In this document: positions 29,970 to 41,793 of the stretch, piece after piece
Layout of the letters: each line of letters starts with the position of its first letter
Numbering within the stretch: position 1 is the first letter of the stretch
Assembly: GCA_021850605.1 (NCBI GenBank)
Contig: JAJZLQ010000081.1
Span: 13,679-77,678, forward strand
Length of the DNA: 64,000 nt
Origin: Actinomycetes bacterium
GTDB lineage: Bacteria; Actinomycetota; Acidimicrobiia; Acidimicrobiales; Acidimicrobiaceae
Reading direction: 5' to 3'
Made by a program: the position numbers and the translations under genes
The notes under the pieces: generated by a model
Database searches by the model: none
Told to the model about the DNA's origin: nothing
The model's input: only the letters and a program-made list of their open reading frames with translations

Positions 29970-30908
29970 ATGCCGGTGCGTCAATTCAGGTTCGCCGTCC
30001 AGGTGTCGGCGCTTACGGAGAGCCCGCGGCAGCTGGCGGATCTTGCCCGCCAAGCCGAAGACCTTGGCTACTCCGCAGTGTTCGTTCCTGATCACCTTTC
30101 AGCCGACCAGTGGTCTCCCATGACCGCTCTTGCCGTGATGGCGCAGGCCACTACGGTTGTCTCGCTCGGTGCGCTCGTCTTCTGCAATGATTACCGTCAC
30201 CCGCTGCTGCTAGCCCAAGAACTCGCGACTTTGCACGAGCTCAGCCAGGGGCGGGTTGAGTTCGGTCTCGGTGCGGGCTGGATGAATTCGGACTACCAGG
30301 CGAGTGGGATGGCCATGGACTCACCAGGTATCCGCATCGACCGCCTCGCGGAGGCGATCGAGATCCTGGCAAAGCTCTTCTCCGAACGCAGTTGCACCTT
30401 CGAGGGCCGGCACTACCAGATCGCGGGCGCCCGCCTTCAGCCGAGCAGTCTGGAACGGCCACCCCGGCTGATAGTCGGTGGTGGGGGGCGCAAGATGCTG
30501 GATTTGGCTGCAAGGCGCGCCGATGTGGTCGGGGTCAATGTCAACCTGGCCTCCGGGGCGGTGGGGCCACAATTGGTCGCTGAGGTAGGCGCCGAGGCCT
30601 TCGATCGGCGCATCGGCTGGGTGCGTGAGTCGGCGGGCGAGCGCTTCGCGGAGGTCGAGCTGCAGTGCCTCACCTTCGTTGCCAAGGTTTCGCCGGGTGC
30701 GCGCGAGTGGGTCTCCTCGATGGCTCCCGCCTTCGGGCTGGGGGCCGAGGATGCGCTTGAAGTGCCGATAGTACTGGCCGGCGAAGCCGGCGAGGTTGCC
30801 GAAACCATCGAGAAGCGCCGTGAACGCTACGGTTTTTCCTACTGGGTTGTCCATCAGGCCGAGCTCGAGGAGTTCGCCCCCGTCGTTTCCAGGTTGGCGG
30901 GGCGTTGA
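29970..30908 (+). CDS. LLM-class (probably F420-dependent) oxidoreductase
   Basis: VPDHL, NDYRHP, GRVEFGLGAGW, IVGGGG. Confidence 0.88.
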   Translation: MPVRQFRFAVQVSALTESPRQLADLARQAEDLGYSAVFVPDHLSADQWSPMTALAVMAQATTVVSLGALVFCNDYRHPLLLAQELATLHELSQGRVEFGLGAGWMNSDYQASGMAMDSPGIRIDRLAEAIEILAKLFSERSCTFEGRHYQIAGARLQPSSLERPPRLIVGGGGRKMLDLAARRADVVGVNVNLASGAVGPQLVAEVGAEAFDRRIGWVRESAGERFAEVELQCLTFVAKVSPGAREWVSSMAPAFGLGAEDALEVPIVLAGEAGEVAETIEKRRERYGFSYWVVHQAELEEFAPVVSRLAGR

Positions 30909-31540
30909 GCGGCAGGGACGGTGATGCCGCTCCCAAGCGGATTGGCATCTTTGGGGGAACCTTCGACCCCGTGCACGTGGGTCACCTTGTCGCGGTGGTC
31001 AATGCCATGCACGGAGCCTCCTTGGACAGGGTCCTCATGGTGGTGGCAAACGTCCCCTGGCAGAAGGAGCGCACCCGTGCGATCTCCCCGGCCTGGGTTC
31101 GCTTCGCGCTTCTCAAGGCGTCGATAGACGGTGTCGGAGGGCTGGAGGCTTCGGACATCGAGATCCGCCGAGGTGGCAAGAGCTACACCATCGACACGGT
31201 TCGCGAAACCAAGGAGCATTACCCCGAGGCGGAGGTGTTCCTGATCGTTGGAGCCGACGCGGCACGCGGACTTGCCTCCTGGGAACGCTCGGAGCGCCTG
31301 TCCGAGCTGGTGACTCTGATTGTTGTCAACCGTCCCGGTACGAGCGTGACGTCGGAGGAGCTCTCCGGCTGGAAGACACTGTTCGTGGAAGTGCCGGCGA
31401 TTGATATCTCGTCGACCGACATCCGCGCGCGTGTCCGTGAGAACCGGCCGCTCGACTTTCTCCTTACAAGGGAGACCATTGATTTCATTCACAGATCAGG
31501 GCTGTACGTGGAAGGCTCGGAGATAGCACGAGAGCAGTGA
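30905..31540 (+). CDS. nadD: nicotinate-nucleotide adenylyltransferase
   Basis: GIFGGTFDPVHVGH, SYTIDT, ISST. Confidence 0.95.
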   Translation: MSGRDGDAAPKRIGIFGGTFDPVHVGHLVAVVNAMHGASLDRVLMVVANVPWQKERTRAISPAWVRFALLKASIDGVGGLEASDIEIRRGGKSYTIDTVRETKEHYPEAEVFLIVGADAARGLASWERSERLSELVTLIVVNRPGTSVTSEELSGWKTLFVEVPAIDISSTDIRARVRENRPLDFLLTRETIDFIHRSGLYVEGSEIAREQ

Positions 31541-31598
31541 ATGCGGAAGTGGAGCCGCTGGTAGAATCGAATCAGGCGATACGACTTGCGGAGGTTGT

Positions 31599-31979
31599 TT
31601 GAAAAGCGATATCCCTTCCGGCACCCCGACGACCGAGGCCCTCGTCAGGGCAGCGGCTGATGCGATTCTCGACAAAAAGGGCGAGGATCTGGTGGTGCTG
31701 GACTTGACGGAGGTCACTCCACTCACCGACTACTTCATCATCTGCGCCGGCAACAACTCCAGGCAGATCAGAGCTATTACGGAGGAGGTGGAGACCAAGG
31801 TCAAGGAGGCCTTCGCCGTCTCGCCGCGCTCGATTGAGGGCCTGGGGGACATGAGCTGGGTGCTCATTGACTACGTGGACTTCGTTGTTCACATCTTCCT
31901 ACCCGAGACGCGCGACTATTACTCTCTGGAGCGCCTCTGGGGAGACGCGGCGAGGCTGGAGATACCGGTACGGGTTTGA
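31599..31979 (+). CDS. rsfS: ribosome silencing factor
   Basis: DKKGED, DYFIIC, WVLIDY, YSLERLWGD. Confidence 0.95.
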   Translation: MKSDIPSGTPTTEALVRAAADAILDKKGEDLVVLDLTEVTPLTDYFIICAGNNSRQIRAITEEVETKVKEAFAVSPRSIEGLGDMSWVLIDYVDFVVHIFLPETRDYYSLERLWGDAARLEIPVRV

Positions 31980-31998
31980 GACGGGGGTTTGCCCCGCC

Positions 31999-32631
31999 TC
32001 AGCTGAAGTCGGGGCCCGATGCCTTCTTCCGCTTGAGCTCGAAGAAGCACCCGAGTTTGGCCAGACCGGCGAAGTGCTCGTAAAGTTCGACGGCTTCCTC
32101 GTCGCCGGGGACGCGGCACAGGATGGGTCCGAAGAATCCCTGGGTTGTGCCGGCCGCCTCGATTGCGACGATTGGCACGCCAACATCTTCGCCGGCCATC
32201 TGCATCGCACGTTCCATCGATTTTTCGATCGGTACGTCCCAACCCTGGTCCGAGGCTGCGTCAGCGAACTTCTCCATACCCAGCTCTTCGAGCACGGGCA
32301 AGTAGTCGAAGGTGCGGCCGAGGCCCTGCTGGTGGTAGGCATCGCCGATGCGAGCATACAGTTCGCCGGTGATCCGGTTCGCCTCTTCAGGTTCGAGAGC
32401 GTCGCTGATTGCCGCAACGATCCTCAGCACGCCGAGGCCGTACTCCATCCCGGCCCGATACGCGTCGGGAATTCCGAGTGGGCGGTTCTTGATCAGCAGG
32501 GAGAACGGCAGATAGCGAACCCTAACACCTTTGACGGCGCTCACCCGGCGAATCCATCGAGACGCCAGGTAGGTCCATGGACATGCGGGGTCGAAGTAAA
32601 AATCGACCTTTTCTTCGGTCGCGGTGGTCAT
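31999..32631 (-). CDS. DsbA-like thioredoxin-fold protein (Rv2466c-like)
   Basis: FYFDPACPWTY, DVGVP, FFELKR. Confidence 0.8.
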   Translation of the reverse strand: MTTATEEKVDFYFDPACPWTYLASRWIRRVSAVKGVRVRYLPFSLLIKNRPLGIPDAYRAGMEYGLGVLRIVAAISDALEPEEANRITGELYARIGDAYHQQGLGRTFDYLPVLEELGMEKFADAASDQGWDVPIEKSMERAMQMAGEDVGVPIVAIEAAGTTQGFFGPILCRVPGDEEAVELYEHFAGLAKLGCFFELKRKKASGPDFS

Positions 32632-32683
32632 CGCAGCTCCTCTTTCTCTTGCCAAAGCCTAGCCCCAGCTGCCTGAGGAGTGA

Positions 32684-32712
32684 AAACGCCCGGGCTTGGG
32701 GCCCGGGCGTTT
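32684..32712 (-). terminator. hairpin downstream of the SHOCT gene
   Basis: 12-bp stem AAACGCCCGGGC/GCCCGGGCGTTT with a T-run on the minus strand. Confidence 0.6.
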
Positions 32713-32814
32713 TCTGGGGTTGGGGGAGAGTTCCGACAGGGCCGAGCCGACCGAAGGGGTGTTACAGCCGGCTCGGGCCTTGTCGTTGGGTGGGGACTTG
32801 GTGGGCCTGCCCGC

Positions 32815-33066
32815 CTATTTCCTTGGCGAGTGGTAGCCGAGAACTCCGATGGCCTCTTCGTACTGCTCGCGTGTTATGTCTCCCTGGGCGAAGCGACGAT
32901 CCAGGATCGACTTTGCCTCCGGAGCCTGCGGTTGGGTAGCGTGAGGTCCTCGGTCCCGATTGAGGCCGAAAATCAAATAGATGAGAATCCCGATTATGAC
33001 CAGGAAAAAAAGCATTCCGAAGATCATGCCGAACGGGAAGACGCTATATCCTTGTCCATACCACAT
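32815..33066 (-). CDS. small single-TM SHOCT-domain protein
   Basis: TM helix followed by ILDRRFAQGDITREQYE. Confidence 0.85.
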   Translation of the reverse strand: MWYGQGYSVFPFGMIFGMLFFLVIIGILIYLIFGLNRDRGPHATQPQAPEAKSILDRRFAQGDITREQYEEAIGVLGYHSPRK

Positions 33067-33217
33067 CTTCCCTCCTTTCAAGAGCTCGACCACATTTCCG
33101 GCCGGTGGGCTCATTGCTCAATTTCGCTTTACGTAATCCACTCTGCCTAGCGAAGTTGTGAATCCCTTGTGAGGCACCTAAAGCGTTGCTAGTAGCTTTG
33201 GTGCCGTTTGTGACCCG

Positions 33218-33256
33218 CGCTCCGTCTCGGCGCTCCGTCTCGGCGCTCCGTCTCGG
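33218..33256 (+). repeat. 13-bp tandem repeat x3
   Basis: CGCTCCGTCTCGG three times in the amt1 upstream region. Confidence 0.95.
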
Positions 33257-33273
33257 CGCCGGAGGTGACTTGT

Positions 33274-33311
33274 GTAACAGAGAAGTAATAGTGCGGACTC
33301 CGTTCGGAAAC
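33274..33311 (+). promoter_or_regulatory. GlnR-like box upstream of amt1
   Basis: GTAAC-n6-GTAAT-n6-GACTC-n6-GAAAC, 11-bp periodic. Confidence 0.6.
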
Positions 33312-33381
33312 ATGGCTCCCGTACCTTGATGAAATCCGCGTCGGGCAAAGGCCCTCAGCGGATTTGGGAACAGGGAGGAAA

Positions 33382-35057
<1,676 letters not shown>

Positions 35058-35075
35058 AGGCTGTTGATGGATACC

Positions 35076-35110
35076 CTCGGGTGGCGGGGCCTTGGCCTCG
35101 GCCACCCGAG
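35076..35110 (+). terminator. terminator-like hairpin after glnK
   Basis: CTCGGGTGGC...GCCACCCGAG 10-bp stem followed by AGTTTT. Confidence 0.6.
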
Positions 35111-35114
35111 AGTT

Positions 35115-35152
35115 TTAACAGTGGCTTAACATGGATTCGGCGTATCCGAAAC
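35115..35152 (+). promoter_or_regulatory. GlnR-like box upstream of amt2
   Basis: TTAAC-n6-TTAAC-n6-TCGGC-n6-GAAAC, the same layout as at amt1. Confidence 0.55.
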
Positions 35153-35222
35153 GCCTCTGCCTTTAGCTTGCAGCCCGGGCGCTCTCCCGCGTCCGAACAT
35201 TCTGTCAAGCCGGGGAGGGGCC

Positions 35223-36512
35223 ATGCACTACAGCGCCGGAGACACCGCCTGGGTGCTGGTAAGCGCCGCCCTAGTTCTCTTCATGACCCCCGGGCTGGCC
35301 TTCTTCTACGCAGGCATGGTCCGTTCGAAGAACGTCCTCGGAATGCTGATGCAGAATTTCGCGACCATCGCGGTGGTCAGCCTGATCTGGGTCTTCGGCG
35401 CCTATTCGCTTGCTTTCGGTCCCGACTGGGGTGGGGCCGGGTTGATCGGCACACTCCACTTCTTTGGTCTTGCGCATTCCAGCCAGCCCGTACCGGGGTA
35501 CACCGGCGCCATCGCCCAGCACATTCCTCCTTTGGCGTTCGTGGTGTTTCAGATGACCTTTGCCGTGATCACCCCGGCTTTGATAACCGGATCGACGGCG
35601 GACCGCCTCCGCTTCGGACCCTTCATCGTGTTCGTGGCGCTCTGGTCGGTGCTGGTATACGCGCCCATCGCGCACTGGTCGTTCGACCCGCACGGTTGGC
35701 TTTATCGCATGGGGGCGGAGGATTTTGCCGGCGGCACGGTTGTCGAGATAAACGCCGGGGCGGCGGGGCTCGCCATCGCGGCAGTCGTAGGTCGGCGGCG
35801 AGGATGGCCCCGGTCTCCGATGCCGCCGCATAACGTCCCGCTTGCCCTGTTGGGCGCGGGAATCCTCTGGTTCGGCTGGTTCGGCTTCAATGCGGGGTCG
35901 GCGCTGGGTGCCAACACACTTGCCGCCCACGCCTTTATCAATACCAACACCGCCGGGGCGGCGGGACTCCTGGGCTGGATCGCCATGGAGAAGCTGCGGG
36001 GAGGGAAGTCGACAACCCTGGGCGCGGCCTCAGGGGCGGTCGCCGGACTAGTGGCGATCACTCCGTCCTGTGGATTTGTCGACGCGGTCGGAGCGGGCGT
36101 TATCGGATTGGCCGCCGGGGCGATCTGCTCTGTGGCCGTGTCGGCCAAGTTCAGGATGCGTCTGGACGATTCGCTGGATGTCGGGGGAGTGCACCTCGTC
36201 GGCGGTGTTATCGGCATGGTCTTGATCGGATTGTTTGGAACTGCCGCGACAGGTGGAGTGAACGGACTCCTATACGGCGGCGGCCTGCCCCTGCTCGGCC
36301 ATCAGGCTGTGGCCATACTCGCCTGCGGCGCCTACTCGTTTGGGGCCACCTGGGTCATCGCCAAGGTTCTGGACAGGCTGGTGGGCCTGAGGATGACCCC
36401 GGAGGACGAGCTGGAGGGAATGGACACGGCCTTGCACGCCGAGTCCGCCTATGACTTCGGGGGATCGTTCCTCAGGTCGCTGGGTGGTGGCGGATTCAGG
36501 CCGGCCGAATAG
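35223..36512 (+). CDS. amtB: ammonium transporter 2 (Glu-His variant)
   Basis: Close paralog of amt1; DFAGGTVVEINAG with GAG at 35745-35747. Confidence 0.96.
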   Translation: MHYSAGDTAWVLVSAALVLFMTPGLAFFYAGMVRSKNVLGMLMQNFATIAVVSLIWVFGAYSLAFGPDWGGAGLIGTLHFFGLAHSSQPVPGYTGAIAQHIPPLAFVVFQMTFAVITPALITGSTADRLRFGPFIVFVALWSVLVYAPIAHWSFDPHGWLYRMGAEDFAGGTVVEINAGAAGLAIAAVVGRRRGWPRSPMPPHNVPLALLGAGILWFGWFGFNAGSALGANTLAAHAFINTNTAGAAGLLGWIAMEKLRGGKSTTLGAASGAVAGLVAITPSCGFVDAVGAGVIGLAAGAICSVAVSAKFRMRLDDSLDVGGVHLVGGVIGMVLIGLFGTAATGGVNGLLYGGGLPLLGHQAVAILACGAYSFGATWVIAKVLDRLVGLRMTPEDELEGMDTALHAESAYDFGGSFLRSLGGGGFRPAE

Positions 36513-36521
36513 CGGAGCTCG

Positions 36522-36713
36522 ATGGACCGCCACGGGCTCGGATCGGATGAACGGATGGAGTTTGTGGTCGATGTCTTGACGCTCGTGGTTTCGGCGGCCC
36601 CTCGTGGTTGCCCGTCGCAAGCGCGATCCGGTCGGTTGCGCGTCCCTGTGGTGCCGGTCTCGATGGCCGACGCCGGCTTCGGCCTTTTGGCCCCAGGGTC
36701 GGAGCTGGCGTGA
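36522..36713 (+). pseudogene. probable eroded glnK copy (63-aa ORF coupled to glnD)
   Basis: RMEFVVDVLTLVVSAA resembles Gln[18 protein letters not shown]; GGAG RBS; TGA overlaps the glnD GTG. Confidence 0.45.
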
Positions 36714-39064
36714 ACAGGGAGCGCGACGAGAGAGTGGAGCGCTTCCTGGCTCGCCGGGCGGATCTTTTAGCCGCCGACTGGCGCCGGCTGGAGCCAATGG
36801 CCGAAATGGCTGAGGTGTGCGACGCTTTTCTTGCCGAGTTGGCGCAGGGTGAATCGGGGATCGCCCTGGTCGCAGTAGGGGGCTACGGCAGGCTGGAGAT
36901 GGGCCCCTACTCCGATTTGGATATATTGCTCCTACACAGGCCGCGCGCCAAGGTCGACCGGCTTACCAATACGATCTGGTACCCGATTTGGGATTCCGGC
37001 GTCGCCCTCGACCACTCGGTGCGGACTGTACCCCAGGCGTTGCGCACGGCATCGACCGACCCTCGGGTCTTGATCGGAATGCTTGACGCCCGCTTGGCCT
37101 TCGGCTCCCAGGAACTCTTCCTCGGACTCAAGGGTCGTGCGGAGGCCAGCTTCAGGTCGCAGGCGGAGCACTACCGGAGTGTCTTCCGTAGCCAGGTCGA
37201 GGAGCGGCGTAGCCAATCCGGTGAACTGGCCTTCCTGCTCGAGCCGGACCTCAAGGAGGCTCACGGGGGCATGCGGGACATGGTGGTCCTTGGTCACCTG
37301 CTGCGTTTGGAACCCGAACCCACGCAGGCGCTGGAGATCCTCGTCGGCCACCGGGCTTTGCTGCTGCGCATCAGAAACCTGGTCCAAGCTCGTGCGGGCC
37401 GTGCGCAGAACCGCCTCCTGCTGCAGGACCAGGACTGGGTGGCCGAGGCGGCGGGATGTTCCGACGCCGATGACCTGATGGCAAGGATATCGGAGATTGG
37501 CCGATTCGTCTCCAGGGCCCTGGAGGAGAGCCTGGCTCCCGCCCCCCGTGCCCGTGCGCACCCGCGGGCGGTCGATCGGCGGGAATGGCCGGCGGGGTCT
37601 CTCAGCGTTCAGGCCGGGCAGCTGTTTCTGGACGCGTCGGCTCTGGAGGGCCTGGACGCCCAGTCAGTGATCCACCTGGCGGCTCTGTCCCTCTCGATCG
37701 GCGCTCGCCTATCTTCTGCGACGTTGGAGCTGCTCGCCGAACGGGTGCCACCGATGGAAGGGCAATGGACCCGCGGAACCTTCTCCGCCCTGGTCTCCCT
37801 CCTATCCCACGGCCGGGAATCGATAGCCTTGATGGAGCGTCTCGACCATTACGGCCTGCTCGACAAGGTCATCCCAGAATGGCGCCTGGTCCGCTACCGG
37901 CCCCAGCGCAACGCATACCACACCTATACGGTGGACCGGCATCTGATCGAAGCTGCGGTGGGCGCCGGCAACATGAGGCGGGAAGTGAGGCGTCCCGACT
38001 TGCTGGTGGTGGGGGCCTTGCTGCACGATATCGGTAAGGGGGCATCCGGCGACCACTCCGAGTCGGGCGCCGAGCTGGCCAGGTCAATCGTGACGCGGAT
38101 GGGACTGGAGCAGGGGGATATCGAGGTGGTGGTTCGCCTGGTCCGGCACCATCTTCTCCTACCCGATACCGCCACGCGCAGGGATATCTCGGATCCGAGG
38201 ACCATCCAGATGGTGGCCGAGCGAGTGGTGGACGCAACGACGCTGGAGCTTCTGCAGGTGCTTGCCGAGGCGGACGGGCATGCGACCGGTCCAGCGGCCT
38301 GGTCGAGTTGGAAGGAGGGCCTGATTGACCGGCTATGCCGCCTGACCTTGGCGTATCTGCACGGCGAGGTCGCCCCGGTGGCACCTTCGTTCCCCGGGGA
38401 CTTCGAGCGCGAAATGATCGGGCGCTTCGACGGAGCGCCGAGGGTCGAGGCAGGCGATGACCTGGTATGGGTGGTTGCCCCTGACCGGCTTGGTCTGTTC
38501 GCCAGGGTTGCGGGGACCCTTTCGCTGCTTGGCCTGAGTGTGGTCGAGGCCGATGTCTACTCCGAATCCGGGGTTGCAATCGAGCGTCTCCGCGTGGTTG
38601 CGCCCCACGGCAAGGAGATCCGCTGGCAACGTTTCGAGTCGGAGCTCCTCAAAAGCCTTGCCGATGGCCACCAGCTGGAGAAGAGGCTGGCCGAGCGAGC
38701 GGCCACCAGCTCTCGCCGTCGCCGGGTGGCCCCTTCGGCCGCGCTGACTCCGCGTGTGACGATCCACGGCGACGCCTCCGAGCGGGCGACTGTGTTCGAG
38801 GTGTGCGCACCGGACTCGGTGGGCCTGCTGCACCGCCTTACGAGCGTCTTTGCACGCCACGGGCTGAACATCGTTCACGCCAAGGTGCTCACGCTCGGAG
38901 ACGATGTGGTGGATACCTTCTACGTCACCGGCGCGGACGGACGCGTGGTGGTCGAGCCTCGAGTTATGCACGCCGTCCAAGGGGAGCTGGAGGGCGCTCT
39001 GGAGGATGCGCTCTCCCGGGGGCCCCAACAACCCCAGCCCTCGGCTCCCGCCACGCGAAGCTAG
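36710..39064 (+). CDS. glnD: PII uridylyl/adenylyl-transferase
   Basis: VGGYGR...SDLD nucleotidyltransferase motif, HD domain (LLHDIGKG), two ACT domains. Confidence 0.95.
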   Translation: MNRERDERVERFLARRADLLAADWRRLEPMAEMAEVCDAFLAELAQGESGIALVAVGGYGRLEMGPYSDLDILLLHRPRAKVDRLTNTIWYPIWDSGVALDHSVRTVPQALRTASTDPRVLIGMLDARLAFGSQELFLGLKGRAEASFRSQAEHYRSVFRSQVEERRSQSGELAFLLEPDLKEAHGGMRDMVVLGHLLRLEPEPTQALEILVGHRALLLRIRNLVQARAGRAQNRLLLQDQDWVAEAAGCSDADDLMARISEIGRFVSRALEESLAPAPRARAHPRAVDRREWPAGSLSVQAGQLFLDASALEGLDAQSVIHLAALSLSIGARLSSATLELLAERVPPMEGQWTRGTFSALVSLLSHGRESIALMERLDHYGLLDKVIPEWRLVRYRPQRNAYHTYTVDRHLIEAAVGAGNMRREVRRPDLLVVGALLHDIGKGASGDHSESGAELARSIVTRMGLEQGDIEVVVRLVRHHLLLPDTATRRDISDPRTIQMVAERVVDATTLELLQVLAEADGHATGPAAWSSWKEGLIDRLCRLTLAYLHGEVAPVAPSFPGDFEREMIGRFDGAPRVEAGDDLVWVVAPDRLGLFARVAGTLSLLGLSVVEADVYSESGVAIERLRVVAPHGKEIRWQRFESELLKSLADGHQLEKRLAERAATSSRRRRVAPSAALTPRVTIHGDASERATVFEVCAPDSVGLLHRLTSVFARHGLNIVHAKVLTLGDDVVDTFYVTGADGRVVVEPRVMHAVQGELEGALEDALSRGPQQPQPSAPATRS

Positions 39065-39102
39065 GATCTGGGGCGCGATTCGAGCCGCATCCGGAGGTGG
39101 TC

Positions 39103-39636
39103 ATGGAATCCTTCCCCTTCGTGGTGGAAGTCGGCGACATAGTTGACCAGCGGACCGACGTCATCGTCAACGCCGCCAACAGCTCACTCATGGGTGGCGG
39201 GGGAGTGGACGGGGCGATCCACCGGCTCGGGGGTCCGGCGATACTGGCCGAGTGCATGGAGATCAGGCGGACTATATACCCGCGAGGGCTTCCGGCCGGC
39301 GAGGCGGTGGCCACCTCGGGTGGGAACCTGTCCTGCCGCTGGGTCATCCATACGGTCGGTCCCGTGTATCGCGATCCGAGCCAGTTTGACTTGCTGGCCT
39401 CCTGTTACATTCACTCGCTGCTGCTCGCGGCCGACCTTGGGGCAAGGTCGATCGCCTTTCCTCTGGTCGGAGCGGGCGTCTATGGTTGGCCCGCACCTCT
39501 GGCCAGCCGCGCGGCGATCGAAGGGGCCCGCCGGGCGCTGGAAACAACCGGGGGAGTCTCGGAGGTCCGCTTCGTGCTTTACCGGGATGAGCTCGCCGAG
39601 GTGTTCAGGGCGGAGCTGGAGCGCGGGCCAAGCTAG
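39103..39636 (+). CDS. macrodomain protein (O-acetyl-ADP-ribose deacetylase / ADP-ribosylhydrolase, YmdB-like)
   Basis: GDI, VNAANSSLMGGGGVDGAIH, HTVGP, FPLVGAGVYG. Confidence 0.92.
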   Translation: MESFPFVVEVGDIVDQRTDVIVNAANSSLMGGGGVDGAIHRLGGPAILAECMEIRRTIYPRGLPAGEAVATSGGNLSCRWVIHTVGPVYRDPSQFDLLASCYIHSLLLAADLGARSIAFPLVGAGVYGWPAPLASRAAIEGARRALETTGGVSEVRFVLYRDELAEVFRAELERGPS

Positions 39637-40556
39637 CCGGACGCACCGTCGCCGATCATTTCGTAGACGATCCGGGCCGCCAGCCTGGCGCCGCGGTTGT
39701 CGATGTCGTACACCGGGTTCAACTCGGCCACGTCTGAGAGTATGAGCTTGCCCGAGTCGCGCAGTACGCGCACGCATTCGAGCACCACCGCCGGCGGCAC
39801 TCCCAGGGCGGCCGGCGCCGAGACCGCCGGCATTGCCGAAGAGGGGAGCGCATCCAGGTCAACCGTCAGGTAGATCTGGTCGAATGCGTGGGCGATCTCC
39901 GCGAGCAGCTCACGTGGCACCTCCTGCATCTGCATGTCCGTGAGGTAGGTGGTGCCGATTTCCTCGGCGGTGCGGAAAAGGGCGGCGGTGTTCGCCGCTT
40001 CGGAGACGCCGAGGCAGAAGTAGTGGAAGCGCGCGCCGTCCGACCGGGAAATCCCTGCCATCTGGCGGAATGGGGTGCCGGAGCTGGGCCGGTCGGAGGA
40101 ACGCAGGTCGAAGTGGGCGTCGATGTTGACCACGGCCAACCCCTCGGTGCCCTCCCCCCTGGCACGCAAGGCGGAACGGATGCCAAGATAAGACCCCCAG
40201 GCCACCTCGTGACCCCCTCCCAGCACCACCGGGCGGTGCCCGTTCGCGATAACGGCCGCGATTGCCGTTGACAATTCCGCTTGGGCCTGCTCGAGCCCGT
40301 CCTCGACGCAGGCGACGTCCCCGGCGTCGTATAGAGGGTGGGCAAGGTGAGAGGCCAACCCGCCGAGTTGGGCTCGCAGCGCGGCGGGTCCACCCGCGGC
40401 GCCGGGCCGGCCCTGGTTGCGTACCACCCCTGCGTCGCAGGCGAAGCCGATCACCGCCGTGCCCGGTGCGAGTTCCGCCCCATCGTCGGTGGGGATCGAT
40501 CGCTGGTGCAGTCGAACGGCGTCCGGCGCCTCGGCCGAGTCGTCACGTCCGCTCAT
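39633..40556 (-). CDS. hutG: formimidoylglutamase (arginase family)
   Basis: GFACDAGVVRNQGRPGA, GGGHE, DAHFD, DLD, AELNP. Confidence 0.92.
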   Translation of the reverse strand: MSGRDDSAEAPDAVRLHQRSIPTDDGAELAPGTAVIGFACDAGVVRNQGRPGAAGGPAALRAQLGGLASHLAHPLYDAGDVACVEDGLEQAQAELSTAIAAVIANGHRPVVLGGGHEVAWGSYLGIRSALRARGEGTEGLAVVNIDAHFDLRSSDRPSSGTPFRQMAGISRSDGARFHYFCLGVSEAANTAALFRTAEEIGTTYLTDMQMQEVPRELLAEIAHAFDQIYLTVDLDALPSSAMPAVSAPAALGVPPAVVLECVRVLRDSGKLILSDVAELNPVYDIDNRGARLAARIVYEMIGDGASG

Positions 40557-41793
40557 TTGCGTTTGTGCTGCGGTGATCCTCACGGCGCATGGCTCCTTTC
40601 ACGAAGGTCGAATGCAGGGGGCTGAAGCCAATGTTGTAGCTGAGCTCGGCAGGAGTGTCCGCGTCCCATACCGCCAAGTCGGCACGCATCCCCTTGGCGA
40701 TCGCGCCCCGGTCGGAGATGCCGAGCGCTCGCGCGGCATTGGCCGTGGTGCCCCTTAGCGCCTCTGCGGGAGTGAGCCCGAACAGCAGGCAGGCCATGTT
40801 CATGGCCAGGGGGAGGCTTTCCAGGGGTGAGGTACCGGGATTGTGGTCGGTGGCCACCGCGATCGGCACCCTCGCGGCTCTCAGGGTGGAGACGTCGGGG
40901 GCGCGGCTCTCGCGAAGAAAGTAGTAGGCCCCCGGCAGGAGCACAGCCACGGTGCCTGCCGAGGCCAGCTGCGCGATCGTCTTGGTGCCCGAGTACTCGA
41001 GGTGATCCGCGCTTGCCGCGCCCATGCGGGCGAGAAGGGCACCGCCTCCGGTCTCTGTGAGCTGGTCAAGGTGCGCCTTCACCGGCAGACCCAGCCTCTT
41101 GGCAGCCAGGTAGTAGCTCTCAAGCTCCTCGGCGCCGAAGGCGATCTCCTCGCAGAAGGCGTCGACCGCATCCACCAGCCCCTCGGATACGAGGCGGGGG
41201 AGCACTTCTTCCGCCATCTCTCGCAGGTATTCTTCCTTGGACCGCTGGTAGCCGGGTGGTATGGCATGTGCTCCAAGAAAGGTGGTGCGCACCTCGGCGA
41301 TGCCGATTTCACCCAGGCGCCGGGCCACTCGCAGGATCTTCTCCTCTGTCCGGGCATCCAGGCCGTAGCCGGACTTGATCTCGACTGTGGTGGCGCCGTT
41401 GGCGGACATTCTTTCCAGGCGCGCCTTGGCTCCCTCGAAGAGAGCCTCCTCGCTGGCTGCGCGCGTCGCGGAGACGGTTGAGGCGATCCCCCCGCCGCCC
41501 GAGGAGATCTCCTCGTAGCGGGTGCCCGAGAGGCGGTGGACGAAATCGCCCACACGCTTGCCCGCATGGACAAGATGTGTGTGGCAGTCGACGAGCCCCG
41601 GAGTTACCAGTCTTGCGCCTAGATCGATCTCCTGGTCGGGCCGGAGGCCGGATGGCAGTTTCGCCTCCGGCCCGTACCAGGCGATGAGGCCATCGCGGAT
41701 ATGGATGGCCTGCCCTTGCAGGTGAACGAAGCTCGAATCGGCCGTCGTGTCGCCTATGGCTGCTCCGCGGAGGAGAAGGCTCGGCCCCGTCAC
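40543..41793 (-). CDS. hutI: imidazolonepropionase
   Basis: DCHTH, EIKSGYG, DAFCE, SADHLE, ATDHNPG. Confidence 0.95.
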   Translation of the reverse strand: MTGPSLLLRGAAIGDTTADSSFVHLQGQAIHIRDGLIAWYGPEAKLPSGLRPDQEIDLGARLVTPGLVDCHTHLVHAGKRVGDFVHRLSGTRYEEISSGGGGIASTVSATRAASEEALFEGAKARLERMSANGATTVEIKSGYGLDARTEEKILRVARRLGEIGIAEVRTTFLGAHAIPPGYQRSKEEYLREMAEEVLPRLVSEGLVDAVDAFCEEIAFGAEELESYYLAAKRLGLPVKAHLDQLTETGGGALLARMGAASADHLEYSGTKTIAQLASAGTVAVLLPGAYYFLRESRAPDVSTLRAARVPIAVATDHNPGTSPLESLPLAMNMACLLFGLTPAEALRGTTANAARALGISDRGAIAKGMRADLAVWDADTPAELSYNIGFSPLHSTFVKGAMRREDHRSTNANERT

